Below, one piece after another: positions 10,263 to 30,903 of a DNA stretch of 64,000 bases; positions within the stretch are counted from its first letter, which is position 1; the number at the start of each line of letters is the position of its first letter. The position numbers and the translations under genes are program-made. The DNA lies in contig DF237163.1 in the NCBI GenBank assembly GCA_000708835.1, positions 12,673 to 76,672 on the forward strand, read 5' to 3'. The stretch is from Klebsormidium nitens. Lineage: Eukaryota > Plantae > Klebsormidiophyceae. Below the pieces are notes generated by a model. It searched no databases, was not told where the DNA came from, and worked only from the letters and a program-made list of their open reading frames with translations.

Positions 10263-13200
10263 TTACGATCCCTTCACCTCAGCCAACGCCTCCCTTGTAG
10301 CCATCCCGATGACTTCGTTGGTGGCATTGGGTAGATAGTAGTACTTGCCTGCACGATGGAATGTGTCGATGAGAACCTGTCTGGGAGCAGCTCTTTCAGG
10401 TCAAGCGTCAGGACCAAAGAATCTGGGTGAGGTGCCAGATGAGATCCCTCCGTCCCCAAACCTTCTCGCAAGCTATAGCCAATCTTGGAGTTGCTATAAT
10501 GGATTAGGAATTGGAGATCATTTCCTCAGAATCTTAAACGTCTCAACGAGGAAAGTACAGCTTTTGTATAAACTTTGAACCCTACCTTCAAACCCCTTCT
10601 CAAGACCCTGTGCCGCTAGCAGTAACAATTACTTCTGAATAGCCGAAGCGTATTAACGGCATGCCGCGGTGTGCATGTACAATGGGAGTGTTTTTCGACA
10701 GTCAATCGGAGCCCTCCAAGGCTGTGGACCCATACTCGACACCGCTATTGGAAAAAGCGAATTCCGCCAGATAACTAAGCAGAGTAGTGGGTCGAAGGCT
10801 TACCTTGAGCAACCCGGGCAATCTCTTTGGCAAACCCGGTCGACACAAACTTGTTCTCCGTGTCAATCACCAGCAGTGAATGGCCGGACAGGTACACCTT
10901 CGCGGCGATCCCCAGGATCTCCTCCTGCACATCACAATAGCATGATTTTCAACAACTGTCGCTCTCCTGCGCAACATTTTATACTGTTTATTTCTGCATT
11001 CCCCTGAGTCTGCATTTCCGTTTCTAGGGCGTTGCGAGCCAGTACGAACGGCCCTGCTGGACGGCCGAAGAAGTGTTTGCTTGAGGCTGAATTATAAGCG
11101 GCTAAAGTGCAAGTCCCTCTGCTGTTTTTGTTCGATGTCAATCACGCTGATTCTGTGTCCCGTTGCTATAAGACTCCTACAAGGGCCACGTGGTCACGGA
11201 TTAAGAGCCAAGTGAATCCGGCAGTATCGGGCGTTACTGGGAGACTTTTTTGGAGGCAAGCTTAAAGGGGTGCTCTCGAAACGACAAAATCGTTCCCCAT
11301 AGCAACAAGCAGATACTTGTTTCACTTGGCAATTTCCTGTGCCCAGGCCTTTACGGCATTTCAACGACATCTAACTTCGGTATGCATCCAAGCACAACGT
11401 CAGCACTGTATAGGGCGAAGTTCTCTTCTGCGCTTTCAAGCTGGTCTTCTGCCGGCCGACATCGACTCAACTTCCTCCTAGATTTCTTCATAGATGACCA
11501 GGCTTCCAGCTTACGTCAATGCGGGGATTTTCCTTCTACAGCTGTAAGAGCGATAAAACCAAATCATCTGAACTGAGTCTCACCTTCAGTTCTGCCTGGC
11601 TGGGCCGCGGAGCATCGGGCCCGATAAACCCTTCTTCGCCGAGCGACCGCTTGAGCGGGATGTTGGCCCGACCGTCCGTGAGAACAACAATCATGACACG
11701 TCCGACGTCCCCGCTGGACTGCGCGTTGATGCCCACACGGACCGCCTGGAGAGAAAGCGGAGTCACAGAACGGTGAGAGGGGCTAGTAGGTCCGATCAAA
11801 AGTCCAATACCCAAGTAACAACTTTCTCTGGTTAAGATGAGAAAAGAGCCCAGACTTGGCTTTTTGACAACAGCTGTCACACGCGCCAGGCGAAATGTGC
11901 TAGAACGTAGACTAATTCTAGCGGAGCCGACTTCGGCGACCAGCGCAATGAGACCCCCTTCTGACCGTCAACCGTCTTCCCTCTCGGAACACGGAAAACA
12001 AACACTAACCAACTAGGCAATCTGCTTTTTGCCACGTCGTTTTAAGTGGGACTTGTTCAAAAGAAGTGCAAGGCACAAAGTGGAAGGCAGGGTGAATGGG
12101 AAGGGGGGCGCACCGTGGTCAGGCCGTGGGCCAGGGGCGATCCCCCTCCGCAGGGCAGCCTGTCGAGACGCTTCCTGGCCATGGCGATGGATCGAGAGGG
12201 GGGCAGCAGAACTTCGGCGGCTTCCCCCCGGAAAGGAATGATGGCGACCTGTGGGAGAATTGTTGGCTTGCATTTACATTCACCCTAGTCAACGAGTTCC
12301 TGCCCATTCCCCAGTCCGTAGTGAAAGAGAAGGCGCAACCGCAACGGTGGGCCAAACGCTGCTGCTTTCATCTCGCGGCTTTTTGTTTCGTTCCGCTTCC
12401 GCTCCAGTGCACTGAGAGAAGCAATACCCATCGTTGCACCCCGATCCGGAGGTGCACACAGACCTCAGACACGCTACACTATATGGTACTCAAGTACTGC
12501 ATTCAGGAATTTGCAACAGAATAAGGAGGACGAACGCAGGGTTGAGAGCACTGGTTTGGAACGCTGCTCACCTGGTCTCGGCTCTGGTAGCTCTCGTTGA
12601 GCAGCTGCAGGGCGGCGCCCTTGGCGTTGTTCATGCGGTTCAGGGCCATACTGCCACTGGCGTCCACGACGAAGATGACCTGGCAGAAATGTAATTCGAC
12701 CGTTGGGACTAGGACGAAACAGTCCGGCCCTGAAACCCTGAAACCCTGAAGGCCTACAACCGACCGTTGGGATCTTTACACAAGCTGCTGCACGAAGCGC
12801 CGAGCCCCAAGCCAGTTCTCTGTTTCGCTGGCTCAATGTGCCCCCTCGTAACAGGTGATTGTAGTCCCTGTCTAGGAAAACCGGCGATTGCAAATCGGCC
12901 CTGGGCGCTACGGATTGCGTCCTGCAGCATCTCTGAATTCCTACCATTCACAACAGTTGACCGACATGCGCAGTCGAAGCTGTGGAAAACAGACACGTCA
13001 AAAGCTTCTCCAAAAGTCGGACATGCACACGCGGCTTTGCAATTCGGAAATTGCTCACGGGTTGTCAGAGTCCTAAATCGGCCGCTTCGTTTCAGCATAC
13101 ACCACTGGGCTTGTTGGACGGGCAGCCATGAGTAGGCTGAACTTTTGGTGCATTCATAACAGTACACACTGCGACGTCTTTTCACTACGAAGCGGGACGC

Positions 13201-16200
13201 CCAACCTCTAGAGTAGCCAACGCACACCCAGATTCTCTTTTCGAGCCTCCCTGCATCAGGACTCTCCCGAGGGGCTCAGCGCCCAAAGTCTCGACCACGT
13301 AGCCGACAGCGAAAATGCCCAACTCTCTGCATGAAAATCGCTAACCCTGAAACACTCCACCAGCAAGGAACCGTACGAGATCCAGGAGGTGCAAAAGGAT
13401 TTGCATCAGCACTCACCAGGGCGCCTGCCTTGCGCGCCATACGCTTGGTCCGCACGTCCGTGTCCTCAACGTACACTTTCTTGATGCGCGCCCGGCCGGA
13501 CTCCGCGCGCTCTCGCCGCGCCTTCTGGAATGGAGCCGCGGCGCGCAGGGTGGCGTCAACGGCCAACCGGATCACCCTGCCCTGTACTCACGAGAAGGGG
13601 ATGTCTGAGTTTCGGTGTGTAAAATACAGTCGCATGGCCGAAGAGCTCAATCGTTCTCGGTAACATTTCCAGGAGCCCCTTCTTAGCCAGATGTAAACGC
13701 ATGTCTAAAGAATCGCTTCTCTTTCGTCTGACATGTTCTCTTCCCTTGCGATGCATCTGTTTTCGACAAAACTGCAACTGCCAACATCTAACTACGATTC
13801 GTCACTGCACACCTGAGAAAGCACGAGCCGGTTGTGGCGCCTTTGATCTTGCAAGGGTCCCATACAGTCCCCAATCTATAATCATAGAAGCTTTGAAAAC
13901 TACCCGAAGTCACTAAAATGGAAAGAACACCGACCTTGGGCAGCATGGGCTTGATGTAGCGCCCGCGGTCCTGCGAGAAGATGAGGTTCTTCGAGCGCCC
14001 CGCCTTGCCCTTGCGCTTCTGCGCCTGCTGCGCAAACATGAGCAGCTCCGGGTCTTGCAGCCCGCCCTCCGCGTCAAACACAAACTCCTCGGGGACCTGG
14101 TCCGGCTGCTCGTCCGGCTCCTCCTTGTCGTCATCCTCCTCCTCTTCCTGAAAGGCAAGAGATCCATTGGATGAGTGCCACGTGGCAGGTGATCAAATCT
14201 GCTCGAACTTGACAAGTCTAAAAACGGCACGAACACGAACTCCTCGGGGACCTGGTCCGGCTGCTCGTCCGGCTCCTCCTTGTCGTCGTCCTCCTCCTCT
14301 TCCTGAAAGACAAGACAGCCATTGAATGAGCGCCATGTGGCAGGTGCGAAAACCTGTGCGAATTTTACATGACAAGAAACGACATGAACACGAACTCCTC
14401 GGGGACTTGGTCCGGCTGCTCGTCCGGCTCCTCCTTGTCGTCGTCCTCCTCTTCCTCCTGTTGAAAACGGAAAAAGTTTTGACACGGCCTTCTTGGGGAT
14501 TCGATCCGTTTACTCGTCCGCCATATCCGTTTTTGCAATTTGCTGCGGCAATGCAATCAACTCTGGCAAGCAAAGTCTCAAGAAAGAAGGCGTTTGCTCA
14601 CTCATTGTGCTCGATAGTGCTCGGACCCAAGCTTGCCATCATATAAACAACCATGGCTCTCAATTGCACAACTGTTTAGTAATAGACCCGAAAACAAACG
14701 AAGAAAAAGAGAATTGGTCTCAGACCTCTTCCTTTTCCTTTTCGTCTTCCTCCTCGTCTTGAGCCTGAGGCGGCTGCGGCGGGGGCGGGGGCGGGGGAGG
14801 CGGCTGCTGGTCAGGAGGCACGTCCATATAGATGGAGCGGGGCAGGATCACCAGCTTCACCTGTATAAGCAAGCGGAGCAGTTGACAAAATTAGTTTTGA
14901 ATATATGGTGAAACGGGATGATGAGACAAAAAACCAAAAAGCAGGAAAACTTAGTTAGCTGGTCATGAGGGCACGTCCATGTAGATGGAGCGGGGCAGGG
15001 TCACCAGCTTCACCTGCATAAGCAAACAGGGACTTTGATAGCTCTTTCTCGATACAGCGGTTCCCAAGCAGCCTGCCAGTCTGCCTGTAAAAAAGTTCGT
15101 CAATCTCTTACTGAGTGAACTTCATCTGATTTGGTTTATACTATAACTGGCATGTTGCTCCAGTGAAGTTGTGTATGTGTATGGGCTTGAGGTGAGGAGA
15201 CAAGAAAGGGAACACAAGAGAACGTTTGAAAAGAGTAGCTCGGTGACTGGCTCACTGTTCTCCCCAGCTTAACCCATTTGGCAAGCTCAACGCTGGTCAA
15301 TATGTAGTATTTCTCTTATGGTCGAACAGGGAAGAATCGCCCCAGATTGAGCCTTATAATCCAAGCACTCATACAATGCAATCCACATGAGATAGCTTCC
15401 CCCTGGTCTTCCAAGCCAAGTAGAACTATGCAATGTGATACCACAACTGTCAAAGAATTTGCAGCTTTTCGAGAGGGGCTCGGGCAGTTTTACCAATCAA
15501 TGCATCCAACGACTATGTTCAACAATAGCAGGGCTGTTGCAACCAGCGACTCTTGAGAAGACACTTACCGCATCAGTCAGATCACCCTCACTGACGTAGT
15601 CCCTCTGCTCGAATGCTGCCAGGGCCTTGGCAACCTTCATGGCGTAGATCTCCGCTCGGTGCCCCTGCAAGTGACCAGGCACCGGTTTTACTTATGCAGT
15701 CTGGTTTGCAAATGAGCCCGCTGATTGACGTTCCAGCTTCTTTTGAAGCAGTGCCAAACCAATTCTTCCCAGCCCCAACAATCTGAAGCGTCCTCAGCCT
15801 TAAAGAAACAGTATACGCAACACTCCCATTTGAAACAGTACAGCCCCAGTCCCTCAATTCCTTGTTGCTAATCTGCTTTCAACAGGTACTCCTGCATCTC
15901 TTCAGGATCTAGCCCCAAGTGCAGAATCCTTCGAGAGTACGATGGTAAAAATGTTGAGAAGGTAGCGTCCTCCAAACCTGCCTAGCGGCAGGATGACGAG
16001 CGTGTATCATTCTTTGAAAACCAGCTTACCTGCACTTGTCCGCGAATCGCCTCCGTCACGAGATAGTTGATCTGCTTAGACGTGATCTTCACGTCCCTCA
16101 GATACTCCCTAGCAAGAATCACCTGCATGAGCAACAATCGTTGGTTTGACATCCAGCGGAAGCAACAGGCAAGAATCAGCCCTCCAAATAGTCCCCGACT

Positions 16201-19200
16201 ATATTCAATGTGTACGTAAGGACACTTTCAGCCCCTTGGCACCCCTTCGATGAGCTACTCAGGACACTAGCTCCTTCGCATCTACTGACAGCGGCCTTTG
16301 AGATCAAGCCTCCAACATGTGTTTAGCAGCTCTACTTACACTCCCATCCCCTCTATATCCAACCGTATGGACAGGCCAGACTTGGTCTGTAACAGCCAAG
16401 TCCTGATGTCATTCCCCACCTTTTCATTGAGTCTCATGATCTATAAACCAATTCAGAAACATGTGCTCCCACTCACGTTTGTCTTCATCTGCTCCGTCGC
16501 CTCCCTAGCTTTCTCCTCGACGCCCGCTGCATTGTCTTGGTAACTCTCTGCCAGCCCCACGGCTTCTATTCTGTCCTCGAACGGCAGGTCAAAATCGGCA
16601 CTGCAAAGAAGCACACCATACAACGAAAGTGAATAGAAGGTTGGAAATGTGAGGATGAAGACAGGCAACGATGCACACATTGGGAGGGCTCTAAAAGCCA
16701 CTGCTTTCAGAGGTCGGACACTGATCTCAGCACACCTTGCCCCTACTTTCTGTCAGACGCGCACACAACGAAGCCCTTATGGTCCTATTGTTAAGGTGCG
16801 GAAGAAGACGTGTACGTCGTGGCTGAAATGCAATTGTAAGATTCCTTTTCCAATCATAAGCAATCCTCTTTTGGTCCTTGCAGCAAATTTGACGTCTAGT
16901 TGTTGGGAGCCAGAAACAATCTGCTCATTATCACCGAGCTATGACGCCATGCTTACTTCAGGTTGATTGCAATCCGGTCAAACAGATGCTTGCGGAAGTC
17001 CCCCTCCTCCGGATTATACGTCGCAATCAGGAGCGGTTTGCACGGGTGCTTGAAACTGATCCCCTCTCGCTCCACTCGTACCCAGCCCTCTGTCAGCACA
17101 TTCAGCAGCAAATTGCTGATCCCCTCATCGAGCAGGTTGATTTCGTCCACGTAAAGAACCCCCCGGTGCGCTTCCGCTAGCAGCCCTGGCTGGTAGATAG
17201 TCTGTCCGGACTGGATGGATAGCTCCACATCGACGGAACCAATCAGTCGGTCTTCAGTGATTCCAAGGGGAATCTGCATGGGACAAAGGACGAGTCATGT
17301 TGGGATGTATGGGACAATTCATCTTTGGCTTCTTCAAGGAGGGAGGGGCTCGAAAAATCATAAAACCAACACGGTAAAGTTCCCTGGCACGAAGGAAGCT
17401 GTGCCAGGCTGGGGGGAAAGCCATATCCTGGCTTGTTTTTGAAAAAGTCACTGGCACCTGACGTGCAATCCCGACTAACGCTTAAATCGATGAGTTCCAT
17501 TTTTTACAAACGCTTGCCTGTGGACCTACGGAGAATGGCCAACAGCGGTAAATTATTGCATGAAACCCCAAACCCTAGATTCTGAAACCCTGAGTCATGC
17601 ATTTACCTGAACGAAAGGAGCCTTCTTGATCAGCGTCTTCACGTTCCCCTCGTCATCATATTTAAGGTTATCGCTCAGTTTGTCCTCCCACCTGCACCAG
17701 TTACAATGCTGTCAGGAAGCTCTCCTTCTCCTTCTTTACTTTTGAGGGGTAGCTTCTGAAAATGTAACACCAAGGAACACTGCGAGATCAACGACTAGAG
17801 AAATGTCTTCCTGCTTGAGGGAAAGAAGCAAAAAGAATTGGTGGTGGTTTTTGTCCATTCAAGGAAGCAACGCTCTCCTCCCCAGCATACCTGCCAATTC
17901 TGATGCTTTCAGCATTTCATCACCTGCCACTCAAATGCCACTCAATTGAAAAGGCTTCTGGGTGGTTCGCCCTAGAAATCCATACACCCAAACAGAAGGT
18001 GTGTTTCTTCATCTGGGGGTCTGCAAAAGAAGCCAAATTTCCCATTTTCCTGGGCTCCGAGCTGGTGAAAACTGTTCCAATTGCAGAAGCAACCCTTATA
18101 ATGTTCATTCACTAACAAACTGTGAAAAGACCAGGTTTCAGAAAGTCAGATAGTGCAAGCAACACACATTTGCACACCTGCATTGCCTCAAGCTGATGCA
18201 GTTTTGTGCTGCATAGAAAACCGCGAAAATATCTCACTCCCTAGGCTTGTTCGGGTCTGCATTGCACATGCTCCCGTCAATGCATTCGATCGGTGGCAAA
18301 ATCTCGTGCAACCCGCGCGCCATCACCGTTTTGGCGGTGCCCTTCTTTCCGGAAATTGCAATCCCCCCGAGGTCATTGTCAATGGCTCCGAGAAGAAGGG
18401 CGGTTTTTATTGACTCCTGCAAATCACAGCGATCCATCTCGTCAAGAAATGGTACATGAGGCCACTTTCAAAAGAGCTACAAGTAGCTTATAATGTTGGC
18501 CGGAAACGGCTCCGTTGTGAGAGGACCGAAACTTTAAGAGTGACTTTCATCTCCAGCATTGGCAGACCGAGTTCAAAAATAGAAAGGTACATCTTCACAG
18601 CATCTCAAAAAAGATTCAATGTCCCTGCCTTGATCATCCTGAAGAGCTCTAGTAAATAAGGGGCGACCTTCAGCGGATGAAAAGTGGAATGTTGCACGGA
18701 TGTTTCTCAAGAATGCAAAATAGGGTTTGAGAAACAGACACTAACTGCACCCGTCTCAACACAAAAACCAGTCCAGGACATCTGCGCCAGTCCGACCACA
18801 CTCCTCAAATCATTACCAGCGCCAACTTTACCAGGCAATGCAGAAGGAGAGCGCATTTGCAAGCACACGTACAATGCTCAACACATAACTTTGAGCTGAA
18901 AGATGCTGCATTCTTCTACCATAGAAACAGCTTTCTCTGGATTGAGGTTGCCTTGCGCCATGCCACGTCAGGTGGCCAAGAAGGCACAAGCTTTCTTCTT
19001 GGCGAGCGAAACATTATTGTCCAGCGTAAGTGGAAATGCAATCTGCACTGTATTAGAACCTGACAAGCGACTCACTTGTCCAACTACTGCTGCTAGTGGG
19101 AAGTATGTCCTTCCGGAAAAGTAGGACGCCCCATCCTGACCAGCCGGAGGGGGCTCCCCGTTGGCAGCATCCTCAGCTTCCGAAGCACGCAACCTGTCCT

Positions 19201-19528
19201 CAGGCTCTCCTGTCTCTGCCGACGGTGGCTCCGCTACCGAGACCGCTCTACAGCTTTGCCGTCTTTGTCTACCTCGCCCCAGCTGCAATGCACCAACTCC
19301 GCTGGACAACCCTTCAATACACCGGGTGCCCTCTAAACCCAGTGCCAAAAAGCTTTCTCCGCAGCCCTTGCTTGCGGGAAGCTTCCTACCATGGAACGAG
19401 CTGCAAAGAGGGGGCGCCCTCAAGAAGGTCCTACTACTGCTCAGCTCTGTTTGGCCCCGTGAAAGTGTCTCTGCACCGAGCTGCACCCCCTGGCTAAGGC
19501 CTCGGCAAGCACTACGGGTTGCAGCCAT
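10263..19528 (-). CDS. CHLD: Magnesium chelatase subunit D, chloroplast precursor (15 exons)
   Basis: Exons: 19528-19076, 18416-18238, 17691-17607, 17273-16957, 16600-16477, 16122-16030, 15664-15569, 14860-14726, 14147-13935, 13581-13417, 12679-12572, 12248-12114, 11745-11584, 10924-10804, 10348-10263. Transit peptide then [10 protein letters not shown]; AAA+ motifs GKKGTAKT and [10 protein letters not shown]; Pro/acidic linker; vWA MIDAS DASGSM and VLTDGRAN; ends KYYYLPNA...EVKGS*. Confidence 0.97.
12697..12772. repeat. Telomere-like (CCCTGAAA)x~3 tract flanked by 12-bp direct repeats (CGACCGTTGGGA), in a CHLD intron
   Basis: Direct repeats at 12697-12708 and 12761-12772; CCCTGAAACCCTGAAACCCTGAA at 12728-12750. 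Confidence 0.7.
14232..14460 (-). repeat. Two truncated tandem copies of the acceptor plus 5' part of CHLD exon 9 ([24 protein letters not shown]), ~155-bp period
   Basis: cag|GAAGAGGAGGAGGA...GAGGAGTTCGTGTT starts at 14457, 14302 and 14147; only the last copy continues into [12 protein letters not shown]. Confidence 0.9.
14963..15016 (-). pseudogene. Decoy duplicate of the start of CHLD exon 8 ([16 protein letters not shown]) with its own acceptor and a premature stop
   Basis: tatgcag|GTGAAGCTGGTGACCCTGCCCCGCTCCATCTACATGGACGTGCCCTCATGA versus the true exon tatacag|GTGAAGCTGGTGATCCTGCCCCGCTCCATCTATATGGACGTGCCTCCT. Confidence 0.85.
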
Positions 19529-20417
19529 CTTCCCTACTGTTTCAGTACACTCACATTAAGGACACGCAAAAGGTTCCAAGGATAAATGTCTCTTGCTTTT
19601 TCTAGTCACTAGTGTTGATTGAGCAAGCTGCATTCCCCTCAGCTGCGCCCGCTTCCTACCAGCGTTTATTCATGGGACGTGATACTAAGTGGTATCTCTG
19701 CATTCTGAATCCGGACCCTCCTTCTCTGGTCGTCTGCAACTTCGTCGCCCTCCAATGCCTAGACACTCGCTGCTGATGTCAAGCAAAGCGCCTGCCTCAC
19801 CATGTCCTTCTCTGGGTTCGGAGTTCCCTTGTGCTGTTCAAATTCTCTTTGCTGCCCCGGGCTTTTTCCTTGTGGATAGAGCAAAGCTGCAAATCCGCTG
19901 TGACAACCTCTGCCGAATCGAGTGCACTTTTCGCATCTTGGATTTCCAATGCTGCATTCCTATTGGCTACAACCGCTCAGCTGCCCACAGTGAGATTCCA
20001 AAACCGGGTGCTGCCCGGGGCGTCCATCTAAGTGCTTCTCGGGCAGTATTGAAAACCCCCGGGTGCCAATGCCCGGGGGCTACCAAAACGGAAGCCGTCC
20101 GTTGCCCTCCCAGTCTGGAAATCCACGGCTCTCAAGGTGGTCGGGTGCAGTAAGTCGAATCCACGGATGAGTTTGCAAAGAGGGCTCAGTTCGATGGATC
20201 GACGGTTACAAATGGTCTGAATTTGAGCTGCTTCGTGGGCAAGCATCTCGAAAGCCACGTAGAAAGTTCTCAAGGGGAAAAGTGCAAGGTTTTCAGCCTT
20301 TCCAGGAGGGCGTTGTCAAAATCTTAGTGACACAAGCGTGATCGCACTTTGTATGTAGCTCAGCGCTGTGGTCTACCTCTGTTGGGAAATCGCAGCATTG
20401 CATTTGCCTTCCCTTCC
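19529..20417. promoter_or_regulatory. Shared divergent (bidirectional) upstream region of CHLD and glutathione reductase
   Basis: Head-to-head ATGs at 19528 (-) and 20418 (+), ~890 bp apart. Several CCCGGG motifs, including a CCCCCGGG-N8-CCCGGGGG inverted repeat near 20056-20079. Confidence 0.55.
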
Positions 20418-29536
<9,119 letters not shown>

Positions 29537-30059
29537 AAAGGCGAGCAAGATTGAGGCTGGAGTCTTTGGGGATGGCAGATTGCATTTCTTAAAAGGGATG
29601 TAGCACTTGCTTAGGATCTTACAGAGCAGATTTCAGTTTCTCCAATTCAAGAATTGATTCAATGAAAGGACGGACACCTGTAGACCTTGTACAGCTAAAT
29701 TGCTGGCCGCACCTGGACCGCATGACCATATGCTAAGAACGGGCGGCTCAATCTGTACGTACTAGTTCTGGAAAGCCGGTTGTTTCAATCCGATGCCGGC
29801 ATTAGTTTGTCTTTGAATCACGCGTTACGCGGTGAACTCAATTACATTGTGGCACTCATCCAGATTTACTATCTTACAAAATGCTGCCTAAAATTACCGT
29901 ACACGGACACAGCTTCAACCAAATGAATTTCTGAAGTTCTGGTCTTAATCCGAGTCCAGCTCCGGCATGCAATCATTGCAATGGCACTGAACACCACAGA
30001 CGGTAGAAATTCGTAGAATGTATGCCCCGTAACTCGGTTGGATTCTATACCTTTCTTAC

Positions 30060-30720
30060 AGATCACTCATGGCGGCCAGCTCGACATGCGCCTGTCATGC
30101 TTAGTACGTCTTTCGATTTGCCGCGCTCTTGAGTTCTTTGGTTGGGCATGGGCGCCAGCATCATAGCTGCGGCCGCCACGTACAGGCCCGCGTTACGATC
30201 GATCTATATCCACTCTATATCCCTGCGCAAATTATAGTATCTGATTGGATCACTGCTTCGATTTTAAGAGTAGCATACACATGCGCTGACATGCAACTGC
30301 TGATACGGCGGTGAGAATGATTGTCCGACGATCGACTGGACGCGTGCCGTCGCATCCTGCTGCACTTTGTCTGAACTGCGGCGTGTGGACCGCTAGTTGT
30401 TGCCGGCCAGTTGGCGACCACAGTGCGATAAAAGTTGGAAAGCCATGGTGCACTCAGCACTGGCTTCTGGCAAGGCTTTGTACCGTACATTCGCAGTTTT
30501 TGTCCATGCAAGTAATCAGACAATGGTCCTGTCAATCGGCCTGGGCATTTGCCGCGATCGCGACTGCACACACTGCACGGAGCACTTGACTAGATATATG
30601 GGCCCGCGACCGGGATCCACGCAACATAAGCGCGTCGAATCCATGAAAAGCACCACGCACAGCTGCGGGATCACTCAACATGCAACTATATAGGAATATA
30701 GCCATCATCTTACGTACCCA
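30060..30720. repeat. Palindrome-rich dispersed intergenic repeat, copy 2
   Basis: catggcggccagctcgacatgc...gtacgtcttt resembles ~44005 (ggcggccagtcaacttgagcatg) and the reverse complement of ~9365-9410. Confidence 0.35.
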
Positions 30721-30903
30721 ATGTCTACGTACCCAACCGTACTGAATGTATACTGCAGCACATGTTTGAATCAAGAACAGCCGAGCTTCTCGAGCTTCGA
30801 GAAACCGAGCAGCAAAGTTAACTTGAGACTCGCATGCTCTTCTGTCTTTCGACACTTGTAGAAGGAAGCCAGACAGATAACGACAGCTGGTACGGTCCTC
30901 CTT

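Noticed and set aside
10345-10351. Apparent GC-AG donor (AG|GCAAGT) on the minus strand
   Set aside because: It is the acceptor and start of the last CHLD exon (G|KYYYLP), not a donor
11380-11480. TAG|GAGGAAGTTGAG segment resembling the start of CHLD exon 14
   Set aside because: Hits a stop within ~13 codons and does not match CHLD; the true exon is 10924-10804
14765-14810. G/C run encoding poly-proline
   Set aside because: Normal Pro-rich linker of CHLD/BchD
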